Shown here in pieces: positions 10,157 to 22,637 of a DNA stretch of 64,000 nucleotides. The DNA lies in assembly GCA_010093745.1 (NCBI GenBank), contig MU005964.1:310001-374000 (forward strand). Direction: 5' to 3'. The position numbers were made by a program, and so were the translations under genes. How positions within the stretch are numbered: the stretch's first letter is position 1; each line of letters begins with the position of its first letter. The stretch comes from Piedraia hortae CBS 480.64 (taxonomy: Eukaryota). Under the pieces are notes generated by a model. It had not been told where the DNA came from. It searched no databases and saw nothing but the letters and a program-made list of their open reading frames with translations.

Positions 10157-12477
10157 ATGTCATTTACGCATTCTAACGACGTATCGATACGACCGGGGGA
10201 CACGACGGGGAAGCGCAAGACGCAGGAAAGCGGCAGCGGAGAGACGCAGCTGGACCAGCGACCATTCACTGTTCTGGTAAGTGTGCAGAGCGACACAGAA
10301 ACTGGCTGACATCGTCCTAGCCAGATCCGGACGATCCCTTTGCGCCGCCGCGCACTTTCAGGCCGATCCGGCTGCTCCCGAGGGAGCGTTTGTCGCTGGC
10401 CTACCTGGACACGGCCTCTCCCGGTAGCAGACTGTTCAAGGCGTGTGTTGGGGTGCTTGAAAAGTGCCATGAGTGGAACAGCGGGCCTCATGTGCTCATC
10501 GCCGAGGAGACTAGGGAAGACAGGGTCTATGCCATTGAGCGCGTGCAGAAGAACCTTTACGCCCTGTGCAGGCTTGTCGAATGGGTGAAGCGACTGCCAC
10601 TCGATAATGAAGAGTCTGTTGAAGAATTCTTGCCCGTGAAGCGGCAGAAATGCCAGCTGATAGATAAGGTGCAGCCAAGGAGGAAGAACGTGGGCGCAAC
10701 GACCAACACTCGGCCGTCAAGTGCTTCTGCGATGCTCGGACTACCGAAGCTCTCTGCGGAGATAATTGCCGAAGAGAAACCGGCGCCAGTTACGGCTCCA
10801 CCCACGGAACTGCCCACGGAACCTCTTGTTGCAGAAGTCCGGCCTCCAGAAAAGCCGCACAGCGCCCAAGAAGTCCTGGAGGAATTTTCTAAGCAATATC
10901 TTGAAGCCCTTTACATATCCCGCACCTCGCTGGCTTACTTTGCCAAGGGCCCCCTTTCCCGAACGAGAATGGCCTTTAGCGGACGGGAAGATGGATCTCT
11001 CCAGCCCAGCAAGCTAATTGGTTTCCTCCGTGACACTATCCTGACTTCCAGCGTCATGGATAAGAAGTTCCGGGAACACGTTCCCACTCTCATCAAGGAG
11101 CTGCTACTTCAAGAGGGTGCAAAGCCCAAGAGGAAATCCAAGTGGAAGGCCAAGCGTAACAAGGCAGGTTTCCTCACCGACGAAAAGGATTACATTGCTA
11201 GGTGGTGGCATGGCTGGGAAGACCATGAAATCTCCAGTTCAGCTGAAACGGTCGATGTGAGACTGGGGAGGCGTGTCCCAAAGATTCGAGGACGTGAGAC
11301 GTTTCTTCAATTAATATTGACTCTGGAGGTTTTGGCCTTGGAATCTCCGCCAGCAGCTCATCATAATCCGTCAGTGACTCCAGTCAAGGTGACGGAGGAA
11401 GTTGGTCCAGAGGCTCAGCCAGACTCGGCCAAGAAGAGCAAGGCCGGCAAACCTGTCGATCTCGTTGCATTGCTTGAAGTATTGGTTGATCGATTATGCA
11501 TATGGCATTCATTAGAGGTGCAGTCGCCGCAGAAAAAGACGGCCAACAACGAGGAAGGCGGCGACGATGAGCTGAAGAAGTTTTGCACCGAAATCATCAT
11601 TCCATTTTACATATCCCGAGTACCCAAACACGCCATCCACGTCAACAACAAACTCGGCGGGCCCAACGTGCTTTCACCAGCCAAGCATTGCCTAAACTCT
11701 GCGAGGAAACCGGGAGCACCAGCAGCGAGACCAGTTCCCGCTAAAGTGCTAAAAAAGCCTAGGCCCATGTCTCTTCACAGTAGCAAGAAGAGTCAGAAAT
11801 CGCTTGAAGTATGCATCAAACGCGAACGCAGCCAGACACCAGCCATGGACAGTTTTCCCCTGGTATCGATTCAGGGACGGAAGCGCACAAATGTTTTGCA
11901 GTCATTGACCTGTAGCCGACGCGAGGTTGATTTCTCCGCTGCATCGCGCGCCACAGCAGACAAAGCGAAGCAGAAAGCCCGTGTAGAAAACAAGCTAAAA
12001 GAGGCAATCTCTGCCATGAAGAAGCCAAACCGGGCGGTTGCAGTGAAAGAAGTAGCAGAAAGCACAGATGCATCGTTTGCCAGAGCTACTGCCAAGAAGA
12101 CGACACAAAAAGCGTCTCAAAAGAGCAATGTTCTCGTCTCTGCCACGCCGCGCGCGAATAAAACGTTCATGGCAACGCCACCAAAAGCTGCTCCCAGCAG
12201 CGGGTTTGTCAACGAAACGCCGCCTCGCAAACCGACGTTTCCAGCTGCGGGGGTGGAAGAGACTCCCCTCGGGAACTCAGCATCAAGACGCTGGCCACGG
12301 ACCAGTGCTGTGCAGCAAACACCGCTTTTCCACATCCCAGAGTCTTCGCCACTAGCCGAACCAAGACATACATTTATGATGACCGAAAAGCCGGCTATGC
12401 CTATGTTTAAACCAATTCAGGTAGCACCCTCACCGCCCACCTCGCCTCCCTTAGCGCGGGGCACATTAGGCGATTGA
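10157..12477 (+). CDS. SLD3: DNA replication regulator Sld3-domain protein; 2 exons (alternative in-frame ATG at 10139)
   Basis: YLEALYISRTSLAYFAKGPLSR, RETFLQLILTLE, LVDRLCIWH, FCTEIIIPFY and many C-terminal S/T-P sites. Intron 10277-10320 (GTAAGT...GCTGAC...TAG) joins the upstream ATG to the 10390 frame. Confidence 0.8.
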
Positions 12478-12607
12478 TATATACTAGGTATATAGTCACG
12501 AAGTTATACGTAAACTTTATATCGTGCGTAACGTCATGACATTCCTACGTACAAATCCCGTTCATATTATGAACCTAGAGTCTTCAAACTACATGCACAA
12601 GAATATA

Positions 12608-14278
12608 ATGTCCCCCTACCACCCCAACCAACGCCTCTCCCTCAAACACGACCTCTGCACCGTCCGCTTTATCGGCCTAATCAACGAAACCCCATGCCTC
12701 GGCGTCGAATGGGACAATCCCCTCCGCGGAAAACACTCTGGCACCCACAACGGAATCAAATACTTTACCTGTAAGACACTCCCAACATCCCTCATTAACC
12801 ATTGATAACCAAAAGGCCTCTCCCCCTCACCCACCTGCGCTAGCTTCATACCCCTTACCAAACCCTTGCGCTGGGATGAAGGCCAATCCTTCCTCTCCGC
12901 CCTCCGCGCAAAATACGAAGGGGAAGGCCACTTCGCGCCCGTGCGGATTTCGAGGTCGAAGGTCGTTGAGGAGGTTGGGGTTGAGGAGTTTGCGAAGCTG
13001 GAGGGACGGTTAGCGGGTTCGAGGGATTTGGTTCTTGATGGGATGGGGATTTCCCATGCATTCTCGGGGGAAAGGGAGAAGGGAGAGGTAGGGATGCTTT
13101 GCGCTCGGGTGGAGCACCTTGATTTGAGTGGGAATCTGATTGAGGGTTTGGGGGAGGTTGTTAAGTTGGTGGACGCTCTGCCGAAGTTGAGGAGTTTGGT
13201 CCTCGCGAGGAATAGGTTTGATGTTTCGCTTGGGTGGGAAGGGGGGATGTGTCCCCAGGTGAGGGAGTTGGAGCTCAGGGAGACGTTCTTTCCGGTGGAG
13301 AGGGTGTGGGATTTTGTGGGGGAGGTTTTTCCTAATGTGAGAGTTCTGGGGCTGGGGGATAATGGATTTGTGAATATCAAGGGGAATGGGAATACGCAGG
13401 TTCAGACGGTGGACTTCTCGGGGAATGGGTTTAGGAGTGTGTCTGATGCGATCGAGGGAGTCATGGATCCGATACAGGTGGTGAGGTTGCAGAGGAATTG
13501 TATTGCTGAGGTCAGAGAGATGACGCCAAGACCGCTGGTCACGGAGCTGGATCTGCGGTATAATGATATCTCGGACTGGGAGTTCTTCAATGATATTGCA
13601 AAGGTCTTCCCGAATTTGAAGCATCTACGTACGGCTGGAAACCCGCTCTATAATAGCCTCTTCTCGGCTGAGGGTGCTCCTCTGGCGCCGGAGGATGGGT
13701 ATATGCTTACCATTTCCCGGTTTCCAAACCTCGAGACGTTGAATTACAGCAAGGTCACACCCAAGGATGTGCTCAACGCTGAGGTGTACTATCTCAATCA
13801 GATTGCAAAGGAAATCGCGCTTGTTCCTCCTGCAGACGTTGGGCGAGTGAAGGAGAGACATCCCAGATACAGTGCTCTGTGTGCAGAGTATGGAGAGCCT
13901 GTTCTAACACTGCAAAAGCCTGAGCCGACGGGGGCTGCTGCGAGGTTGATTGTGATTACATTCACTTTGGGGAAGAAAGTGTGGGAGGAGGCCTTGCCAC
14001 GGAGCTTTGACATGTACGAAGTATATGGCATTGTGGGCAAGAGGCTGAAGATATCCCCGTTGAAACTAAAGTTGGTCTGGCACATGAGTGAAAAAGACCC
14101 GATAGGACGGGACGAGGTGCACACTGGCCCCGAGTGGTGGGATAGCAGTGATGAAGAGGGAGACAGCGAAAAAGCATGGGTAAGACGAGAGGTGGAGCTC
14201 ATGCCAAGTACGAGGCCGCTCGGGACCTGTATCGATGCTCGGGAGGCCAGTGTCAGTGTTGAATTGAGAACACGCTAA
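12608..14278 (+). CDS. PAC2: Tubulin-specific chaperone E (CAP-Gly + LRR + Ubl); 2 exons
   Basis: CAP-Gly LGVEWDNPLRGKHSGTHNGIKYFTC followed by LRRs (LDLSGNLI, LDLRYNDI). Intron 12771-12815 (GTAAGA...AAG). Confidence 0.9.
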
Positions 14279-14293
14279 AAATCAAATATACAA

Positions 14294-15703
14294 TCACCGC
14301 CACCCGATACCTCGTTGTCGAAGCAGAATGCGGCTGTTCATGGTAATTATACACTTGGCCAGGTCCCAGTCCCCATTCTTCCCTATCCAATCAGTAACCA
14401 CAATTCCGGCAGAACCGTCACCGGGCATGGGCTTTCCCGGTGCATTGAGCGCATCATCGCCTAGAGCATGCTTCTGGCACAGGAAAGCAACGACGGCAGG
14501 GTTCAGCTTTTCCGCAATCTTCTCCGGCCAACAGCCGACTTTCCAAAAGTTGCTGGCGGACAAAAAGTTCAAGTAGAACTTGTTTGGGTTGTCGGGAGAT
14601 CCCACAGGGGCGGTGCAAAAGCAGGCGCCAGACCTTTCCAGCTGCTCACAACAGAATTGTATCTTCTTATCGATATTCTCCGTCTCCAGCACCTCGCAAA
14701 AGTCTTGCACACAGACATCGTCACAGACGCAGTTGGGCGTGTTGTATGCCCAATTGATGGCCTTTAGCCCCCATCCCTGACCGTCCCATTCGTGCTTGAG
14801 GGGTTCTGCTACGACGAAACGACGAAGCAAGATGATCTTGCCTCGTGCTTCGCCGAGAGTCGGCATGCGTGGCTGCGTCCACCACTCGGGCGTGTTTGCA
14901 TAGTGTTCTTTTAGAATGGCCGAGAGTTGTTCGTCGGTGGCGTCGCCGGTGCCTTCTCGTTTGAGAGACATTATCAAAGTCTCTGATGGATTGGCTCGAA
15001 GGAATTCGAGAATGTCATTCACCAGAGCACGAAACTTCTTTGGACCCGTCAACGAAATGGGAAACACGCCGTGGACGAGGAGGAGGTCATGATTACTGGG
15101 ATCCTGCGGCTTGTCCGGCTGAACTCGGATATCGAAGAACCTCACGCCATTATCCAGCTGTGCCCTGGGCGACACGGCTTGGCATCTCACGGACGGCAAC
15201 GCCTTGAAACAGGTTGGTGAGTTGTGGGTTCCGGGAATACTCAAGGTGGAGACCAAGGTATCATCCCTAAACTCCTTCATCCAGCACCGGAGGTTCATGT
15301 TTTCAAATAAGAATACAAATGCCAATGAGGGGAAGTATATGGCAGAGTAAGAATGCTTTGGGTCTGGTGTAAGTGGCTCCAATGGATGGGATGCCGCAGA
15401 GGGTGTTGGAGTCTCTAGCCTCCACTGGCCTCCTCCCTCGCCTTGCAGCATCAGACGAAGTATACTGTTGGCGGTGGTTTGAATGGGCGTCACGTTTGTT
15501 GTAAACGGTTCCATACGCACGTCGACATTTTGGGTCGCAAAGGTCTGTTCTGGACTGGGAGATTTGTTGAACAACGAGGTCACGTTGGACCCGAACCTGG
15601 AGAGACTGCCATTGGGAGTAGTGACTGGCTTGTCATGCCGTTCTACGACTTTGATAGTAAGTGGCTGTGCCGTCAAGTTGCGAATGACAAGTGCCGAGGC
15701 CAT
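14294..15703 (-). CDS. Phosphatidylinositol-specific phospholipase C (bacterial-type X domain)
   Basis: LSIPGTHNS, QLDNGVRFFDIR, LVHG, PSETLIMSLKRE, PTLGEARGKIILLRRF, GIVVTDW. Confidence 0.9.
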   Translation of the reverse strand: MASALVIRNLTAQPLTIKVVERHDKPVTTPNGSLSRFGSNVTSLFNKSPSPEQTFATQNVDVRMEPFTTNVTPIQTTANSILRLMLQGEGGGQWRLETPTPSAASHPLEPLTPDPKHSYSAIYFPSLAFVFLFENMNLRCWMKEFRDDTLVSTLSIPGTHNSPTCFKALPSVRCQAVSPRAQLDNGVRFFDIRVQPDKPQDPSNHDLLLVHGVFPISLTGPKKFRALVNDILEFLRANPSETLIMSLKREGTGDATDEQLSAILKEHYANTPEWWTQPRMPTLGEARGKIILLRRFVVAEPLKHEWDGQGWGLKAINWAYNTPNCVCDDVCVQDFCEVLETENIDKKIQFCCEQLERSGACFCTAPVGSPDNPNKFYLNFLSASNFWKVGCWPEKIAEKLNPAVVAFLCQKHALGDDALNAPGKPMPGDGSAGIVVTDWIGKNGDWDLAKCIITMNSRILLRQRGIGWR

Positions 15704-16014
15704 GTCTGGTCATACGGAAGACACGATGGCCATTTATCGACAAAACAAGAACGAGGCGGGGGCGTCATCATGGCTACAGCAATGAGGCGCTTATAGCGTT
15801 GTGGCGTTGTTGTGCTCCAAACTCTGTTGGCACCGAGTTTCTTCTATTTGTGAATTGACAGCGGCTGGAGAGTTTATTTTCCAGGTTGTTTCTCGCAATC
15901 TTGCCGTCCTGCCCGTCTTCCAGACTTGTCAAGATGCTACCACGATGCTGCCACCGTTATGCTGTATGCGGCCAAAATTACGAGAGACAACTCCCAAACG
16001 CCCCAGCCACTAAT

Positions 16015-16733
16015 TCACCATAACCAGATGAATACCAACAAACACAGCGCGATAAAACTACCCAGAATCACACCATCTCTCCTCTTCTTGTTCCCAATCT
16101 TCTGCATCAGCCCGTTGATTCCAGGAATCTGCGCTGCCGCGCCGACTATGCGCCGCTGAATGCCCACCAGGCTCTCCCGTTGCAGCGCAAACGACTCATT
16201 CGTCGCATAAGCCTGCGATAGCACCGAGTCCATAACGTGGTGCGACCGGTCCAGTCTGTCGCGTTCCCTCAACATGTACTCTGCTTCCGCCGCGCCAGGG
16301 TTCTCGCGCGCCCTGTAGGCATCAATGTCTGCCCGCACATTGCTCATCAGTTTTGCCCGGTCGCGCTTCTCCTTGATCTGGCCTTTAAGCCGCGACAACT
16401 CTGTCCGATGCTGCTGCAAAATCTCCCGGTGTCGGGCGAGGTTGGTGGACTTTAGTGCTGACGGCGTCGGCTCCGAGTCCAGCAGCCGGCTGAGTTGCTG
16501 GAGCTGGGCCGAGCGTTTTTCCAGGCTCTCATTAATGCTCTCCACTGTCCGCAATTCATCTTCTGTGGGGTTGGGCGGTAGGTCTGCGGCGGCGGCGAAG
16601 CGGGAGTAGGTGTGGAAGAGGGACTCTGTCTGTATCAGATTAGCGGATTTCTCGGTCTGTAAATTGAACTTGCCTGGGTCTCTTGCGCTCTAACCTGCTG
16701 GCGCACCTGTGCCCATCCGCTTGGCGCTGCCAT
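16015..16733 (-). CDS. GOS1: Golgi SNARE Gos1; 2 exons with GC-AG intron
   Basis: MAAPSGWAQVRQQVRAQETQ|TESLFHTYS..., LARHREILQ, IPGINGLMQKI..KKRRD plus C-terminal TM. Intron 16673-16630 (GCAAGT...GCTAAT...CAG). Confidence 0.93.
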
Positions 16734-16915
16734 TTTCACGTCTGCGACAATTGACACCGACTTTGGCGTGAGCTGGACGTGTCCGGCCTGAGGCATCCAC
16801 GCTAGCGGCTACTGCCGCCGCCATCTAGCGCAAAGTCTTGGCAAGGTGCACCCCACCGCCTGAATTTGTCTCCACCGACCAACCGCACCTTTCGCGTCAC
16901 GTCAAGCAGTACAAA

Positions 16916-17413
16916 ATGGTACGATCAAACTACGGAACATGTGATTGGGGATGGCGAGGCTAACTGCGGTTCCCGGAAACAGTCAACCAGCAAGGTCAAG
17001 GCCGCCCAGCTCTGGGGCAAAAACAAGGAGGAACTCGGCAAGCAGCTTGAGGAGCTGAAGAAGGACTTGGTGCAGCTGCGTACGCAGAAGATTGCCGGCG
17101 GTGCGCAGAGCAAATTGAACAGAATGTGAGGATGACCGAATCTAGAAGTGGCCGACTCTGTACTGACAATACCCTCAGCCACGACGTGCGCAAGTCAATC
17201 GCCCGCGTGCTGACCGTCATCAACGCCAATCAGCGCCACCAACTGCGCATTTTCTACCAGAAGAAGAAACACCTCCCGCTCGACCTTCGTCCCAAGCAGA
17301 CGCGTGCTCAGCGTCGCGCGCTCACCAAGGAGGAGTCTCGCCGTGTCACGGCCAAGGAACGGAAGCGTAAGCAGCATTTCCCGCAGCGTCTCTACGCCGT
17401 CAAGGCGGAGTAG
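16916..17413 (+). CDS. RPL35: 60S ribosomal protein uL29 (L35); 3 exons
   Basis: ATG | intron 16919-16982 | STSKVKAAQLWGKNKEEL... | intron 17126-17178 | HDVRKSIARVLTVIN...PLDLRPKQTRAQRR...YAVKAE. Confidence 0.96.
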
Positions 17414-17559
17414 GTGTCGAGTAGCTGGAATCACGTTACAAAAGCCTGCGGTTCAACTGCGATCAAGTGACTATTGTGCTGACAACTATGAATTGTCGTC
17501 TACGGAAGAGTAGAGTGCTGTATGCGTCTATGGAAAGGTATGGTGCTGATGGGGGTTCT

Positions 17560-18591
17560 CTATGGTACAAGCACGGCTTCGTCCGCCTCCGCTTCCGCTG
17601 CTGCTCGTCGTCGTTCTCTGGGCGACATCCGCGCCTCGCTGATCAGTCGCTTCAAGCCCTTGACCATGGACTCCTTCTCCTGGTTCTGGGCATTGGCGCT
17701 GCCAGCCCAACGTATCTTACACTCACCGTCTACCAGGTAAACGTAGCCGCCCTTTTCGTTCAGAAAGCCGATAGCCTCCTTCGTTGTCCCGGACAGACCA
17801 CGTCTGACGAGGAAGTATCGTTGCTGTTCCTCAGCCGACCTCTCTGCACGTAACCGACGAAAGCCAAAGAGACGCAGAACCCACCACTTGAGCCAATTCG
17901 GCTCATAGGCAATCTCAACCCTCTGCACCACGTCCTTGGCTTCACGCAGCAACTGATTAAGTTCTGGGTTCTCCTTCTCAGAGCAAAACGTATCGACTTG
18001 TGCCTGAGCCCAATCGTTGCTCACCAGACTGACCACCGAGACCTTGCCATTCATCGTCTCACAAGTGTTCCTGCCCAGTCCACCGTACCCATCACTTGTA
18101 ACCCTCTTGACCGCCTTGGTATCTAACGTCCTCCCAAAGAAATTAGGAAAGAAGAGCGCATGCTCAGCCTTGAACAACCTCTCATTCGCAACAAAGACCT
18201 TGCCCTTATGAAACTTCATATTAGACCAATCCCGAAAATACGGCTTTGACATCTGCTTCATCATTTCCGCCCGCCGTTGAACATGCTTCTCGTAGTTATG
18301 GAAATCGTCCCGTCGCTGTCTCCAACTCCTCGCCTCGAGGCCCATGTTCTCCCCCGGCGATGGCGAATTTGGCATCCCAATCGGTCGCGGCAGTGGATAT
18401 GGCGTAAAGTCTTCGTCATCTTCCCGTCGTTTGCGTAGACCGGTGCCTGAAGGTTGGGGTCGGAAGGTAGGCCTGGACGAGTGTGGCAGTACCGGCGGCG
18501 GAGCGGATTTCGTTGATGTGGAATAGCAGCATCGTATCCTTGACGATTGATAACTCAGTCTGCGCAGCACTACCACGCCGCGCGACTCCAT
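17560..18591 (-). CDS. ATP10: Mitochondrial ATP synthase assembly factor Atp10
   Basis: PYFRDWSNMKFHKGK, ALFFPNFFGRTL, GYVYLVDGECKIRWAGSA; Arg/Ser-rich presequence from ATG 18591. Confidence 0.92.
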   Translation of the reverse strand: MESRGVVVLRRLSYQSSRIRCCYSTSTKSAPPPVLPHSSRPTFRPQPSGTGLRKRREDDEDFTPYPLPRPIGMPNSPSPGENMGLEARSWRQRRDDFHNYEKHVQRRAEMMKQMSKPYFRDWSNMKFHKGKVFVANERLFKAEHALFFPNFFGRTLDTKAVKRVTSDGYGGLGRNTCETMNGKVSVVSLVSNDWAQAQVDTFCSEKENPELNQLLREAKDVVQRVEIAYEPNWLKWWVLRLFGFRRLRAERSAEEQQRYFLVRRGLSGTTKEAIGFLNEKGGYVYLVDGECKIRWAGSANAQNQEKESMVKGLKRLISEARMSPRERRRAAAEAEADEAVLVP

Positions 18592-18727
18592 GGTCCGACG
18601 CCCGTTGGTTGCGCCAACGGTCGCTGTCGCATTTTCCCTGATTGGGTTTAGCGCGCCATCCACATCGAGTTTAGCGTGTGGGTAGTTTTGAACTCGTCGT
18701 TTTTTTTTTCGCGACTCGGTCGTCGCA

Positions 18728-19921
18728 ATGGCGAAGATCAAACCATCAAAGCAAGAGCGCGAGGCAAAGAAGAGTTTTGAAAAGAACAAGAATGCGACCA
18801 AAAGTTTGGAAACAGAATCCCCAGAACAGCTCTATGCAGAGACCATTGACCTCGTCCAGTCCCAACCTGGAAAGGCGTTGGAAAAGGCGCAAATGCTGTG
18901 GAATCAGGTACAAAACGGTTCTACATTGGAGAAACTCCCCGCACTTGGGCTTCTAGGCGAGATTAGTGAGACTCTTGGAGAGATTGATAATGCTAGGGCT
19001 TACTTTGAGAAGGCTGTTGAGCTGGATCCAGAGGGTAAAGAGTCAAATTTAATGGAGGGAGGTGCGGAAAAGTTCCTCTGGCTGGCGCAGCTTTGTGAGC
19101 AAGGGGGCAAGGCAAGTATAGGCTGGTTCGAGAGGGGAGTTAGGGTCCTTGAGCGTGAGATCGCAGCCCTTGGAGATGGCGCAACTACGGGCCTCGATCG
19201 GGAGAGTCTCTTGGTGCTCAGGGTGGATAAGCAGAAAAAACTGGCCGATGCGTTGTGTGGCATGGTTGAGGTTTATATGACTGATTTGTCCTGGGAAGAG
19301 GACGCAGAGAGTCGCTGTGAGAACCTCATAACTAAGGCCATCGCTGTTGAGGACGAGCCCAGCCCCGGCGTTCTTCAGACTCTGGCCTCTGTGCGTCTCT
19401 CACAGCAGCGTGAGGACGACGCTCGCTCTGCCCTCATCCGCTCCATCCAGTCGTGGAAACATTTGGATCCCGAGGATCCCGGCGTTCCTGATTTTGCTAC
19501 AAGAATCTCCCTCTGCAGGCTTCTTATGGAAGCCGAAATGGAGAGGGATGCAATGCACGTCATTACCAGACTGGTGGATGAGGACGACGAAAGCGTTGAA
19601 GCATGGTACCTGGGAGGATGGTGTCAGTATCTCATTGCCGAGAAGTTGCAATCCAATGGCAAAACTGAAGAACAGAGCCGTCGACAGGCTGCTCTCAAGG
19701 GAAGCCGTCACTTTCTTAAAAAATCCCTCAAACTGTACAGTCAACTCAGTTACGAGGATGAACAATTATTTGCTCATGCCAAGGAATTGGTCAGCAAGCT
19801 GGATGAAATCCTGGGCCCGGAAGCGGAGCACACAGATGGTAGTGCAGAAGATGAGGAGTGGGAAAACTGGGACGGCTTCAGTTCTTCTGACGACGAAGAT
19901 GAAGAAATGGTGGACGGTTGA
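18728..19921 (+). CDS. ACL4: TPR protein, Rpl4 assembly chaperone Acl4-like
   Basis: TPR helices, GGAEKFLWLAQL, EVYMTDLSWEEDAESRCE, LQTLASVRLSQQR, VEAWYLGGW, acidic tail. Confidence 0.85.
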   Translation: MAKIKPSKQEREAKKSFEKNKNATKSLETESPEQLYAETIDLVQSQPGKALEKAQMLWNQVQNGSTLEKLPALGLLGEISETLGEIDNARAYFEKAVELDPEGKESNLMEGGAEKFLWLAQLCEQGGKASIGWFERGVRVLEREIAALGDGATTGLDRESLLVLRVDKQKKLADALCGMVEVYMTDLSWEEDAESRCENLITKAIAVEDEPSPGVLQTLASVRLSQQREDDARSALIRSIQSWKHLDPEDPGVPDFATRISLCRLLMEAEMERDAMHVITRLVDEDDESVEAWYLGGWCQYLIAEKLQSNGKTEEQSRRQAALKGSRHFLKKSLKLYSQLSYEDEQLFAHAKELVSKLDEILGPEAEHTDGSAEDEEWENWDGFSSSDDEDEEMVDG

Positions 19922-21113
19922 AGTTTGTTAGTCTCGTCTATCAAAATTCAAATTTCACAAGCCGTCAAAGATTTTCACATCATCGGAGGCAGCTACTACT
20001 CGGGGAATTGTCATCTATCGGGAAGAATGCATTCATCATAGACAGAGGAGCCTTGTACATGACTGCGAACGATAGCCGATGGTCGCGGGTGCGTTCGAAA
20101 CGTCTGTGCTGAAACTCTCTGCGCTGTAGACTCCTGATTGGTGGAAAATCCTTGCTCGATACAGCTTCACACGTACATGGGCCACCCCGTTCCTGCCCAA
20201 TTCGACGTTAACCAGTGTCAGCCACGCGAAATTCATTGCTGTCTTACCAGACATCCGGCAGCACGGCACTGACACCGTTGTCGGTGAACCGGGCGTCCGT
20301 GGTCGGTCATCTGGAAGGCTACGCAAGCCTTCAAACCCAGACTGTGAGAGTGTTCGTGTAAGGTCTGCAAGCCACATGTAACATTGACCTTGCCCGTAGC
20401 CATCTCCCTGTGTTGTCCTGGCAGGCTCTCTAGTTTAGATTGGGCCCAACGAGCACACCACGCAAGCGTTAAACTCGTCTCTGTGTGGAGAAGAACTCTG
20501 CAAAGCCTTGGCACTCAGTCTACATCACTGTACTAAAGTACAGAGGTTCGCATGGAGTGCAAGGGCTCTCTAATCTCTCGGGATCTCCCCTTCCTGGGTC
20601 ATCACAAGCCGTGTCCGAGACAGTAGCGCTCGTGACACAAACATGCTCGACATTGCATGAGGATTAGCGTGCATTCCGCCGCTTCGATGGCCGGTTGCAA
20701 CCATGGCTCAAACTAGCTCCTACTCCGCACTGGGAAATGGCCCGTGTGATCGCGTCTCTCGTGCTCGAGCACGCGGGGCTAGAACTCGAATGCAGCCTTG
20801 TGCAGACCCTGTAGCTCGCAGAATCTAAAGCCGGCTCAAGCCTGGTCACCCCCACGCAGGTCATCGGTCACACCAAAAGCGCTTAATGCGACGCCGCTGC
20901 AAGATGACTGGCCGCCCAACGGTTCACTATCAAGCACGTCACATTCACCGCTCTAAGCTCATCACGCCTCAACCCCTAAAATACTGCGTGCAGGCTCCAA
21001 GACGTATAGCTGACGGACAACTTTGTTAGACACCACAATCTAATTGCCAAATAGGGAATTTGCTCGCAAACGCCTCTCCCCACACCCCAAACTTCTTGTG
21101 TAATCAGTTTTTT

Positions 21114-21152
21114 GGTGGGGGGAGGGAGGGGGGGAAGGGGGGGAAGGGGAGG
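21114..21152 (+). repeat. G-tract cluster (G-quadruplex-competent) upstream of the HMG-box gene
   Basis: GGGGGG-A-GGG-A-GGGGGGG-AA-GGGGGGG-AA-GGGG: five G-runs with 1-2 nt loops. Confidence 0.6.
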
Positions 21153-22637
21153 CTAAGCTGCGCCTCTTGTGTGAACGGAGGTTGCTCGAGCGGATGCAGC
21201 TTCCCGTCGGGTATGCGCACATTTCCTACCTTAATCTCAGGAACCTTGCGTTGTGGTGGAAAAATGTACCTGATCTGCGGTCTTGACACTCAGGTACCGC
21301 ACCGTAGGGGTGGTTGTCGGGCATTCTACGGGCCCTGGACTTCGGCGCAAGACATGCGGGCAAAGGACGCAGCGTGGCGGCCCTGACGTGTAACAACAAC
21401 AAGAGGGATGAACCGAGCTTTTGCAGGCTCAGGGAAAACGGTTTGCATAAGCGCCGAATTATTTTTCTGGGCTGCTACACCGCTCCCTTTTCCCACCCCC
21501 TCCAAAACCGACAGGTGACTCTGCTGCACGTCACTCGGCCCCAAAATCCCGGTCGCGAGGGTGGGCAGGCTGGTCTCGGACTGAACTAGGCCCGTCCCAT
21601 GCGACCTCCTGCAAGACACTCGGCCAGAGAATCCATTTGAGGCTCATCTAAGTTTAGTGGACCCCTCAAGGCGGAAGAGAATGTGGTGTGCATCACAATC
21701 GTGCATTGCCATGGGCCCGCAGTGCTGGATATGCGTCTAGAGAACATCAAGAATTAAACGGTTGGAATAGGCCAGTGCCGTCCCCGTGCCCTTTCCCTTC
21801 CCCCACCCAAGATTACGTGGGGTGTGTGTGAAAATTCCCCGTCGGGCTTAAGTAAAAATTGGCCGGAATGGGATTCTTGTTATCAGCCATGGCCCCTCTC
21901 AAAAACTAGTGCCGGCCGTTGAGGGAGGGAGATGGTTGTGCGCGTGGCGCAAGTTTCCGAAAACGGATAACTTTTAAAGACCTATTACCATCCAACCAGA
22001 CCCAGACTCAAAAACAGTGCGTACGAATGCGGTGAAATTTGTCTCGCTCCGTCTTCAGCAACCCATTCGTCGATTGCGGGAGTTGCATTCCAGTCGTCAA
22101 ATTCTGTGCTAGTTGATTGCTACAAGTACTGGATCGGCTTCTCGCACAAAGCATTCCTGCAGGTCCTCTTCTTTTTGGCCTCCCTGGCTTCCCATGCAAT
22201 TCTTGTCTTGTGCGTTCCTTTGGTCAAAACACTAAACTGAGACAAAGGCATCGTCTTCCAGACAAACCAAAGAGCATTGCGTTCTTCGCAGCAGAGAAGG
22301 GGGGAAAATATTCTCAAAGGACGATAGTCAAACGACAAGCACGCAACCTGCAAAAAAAAGTTGCCCATACAGGGTCTTACCCAAAGGTGTGAAAGCGGGT
22401 AGTTGCATCAGGTAAGAGCAAGACGTTATTCCCACGCCTGCATTGCATGGCCTTTTTCGCCCATGCACACATATGTGGCCAGACAAACTGCCTGAGCCCA
22501 CAATCCATGTTGTCGGTTCCCATGCTTACAAGACATGCAGTTCGTCTTTCGGAAAGGAAATTTCCGATAGCCCATTGGCTTTTTGACGGGCCCAGAATCT
22601 GTTCATCGGGAACGGGTGTGGTCTCGGGACGGTTCCA

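Noticed and set aside
17560..18801. N-terminal extensions in the ORF track (ATP10 to 18801, GIR2 to 27281, NUC-like from 39308, hydrolase from 44094, Fpg from 48215)
   Set aside because: They overlap neighbouring genes or precede the family-typical start (signal peptide, MPE motif); downstream ATGs were chosen.
21021..21027. CTTTGTT HMG-box binding core as an autoregulatory site
   Set aside because: A single 7-mer in 2.7 kb is not distinguishable from chance.
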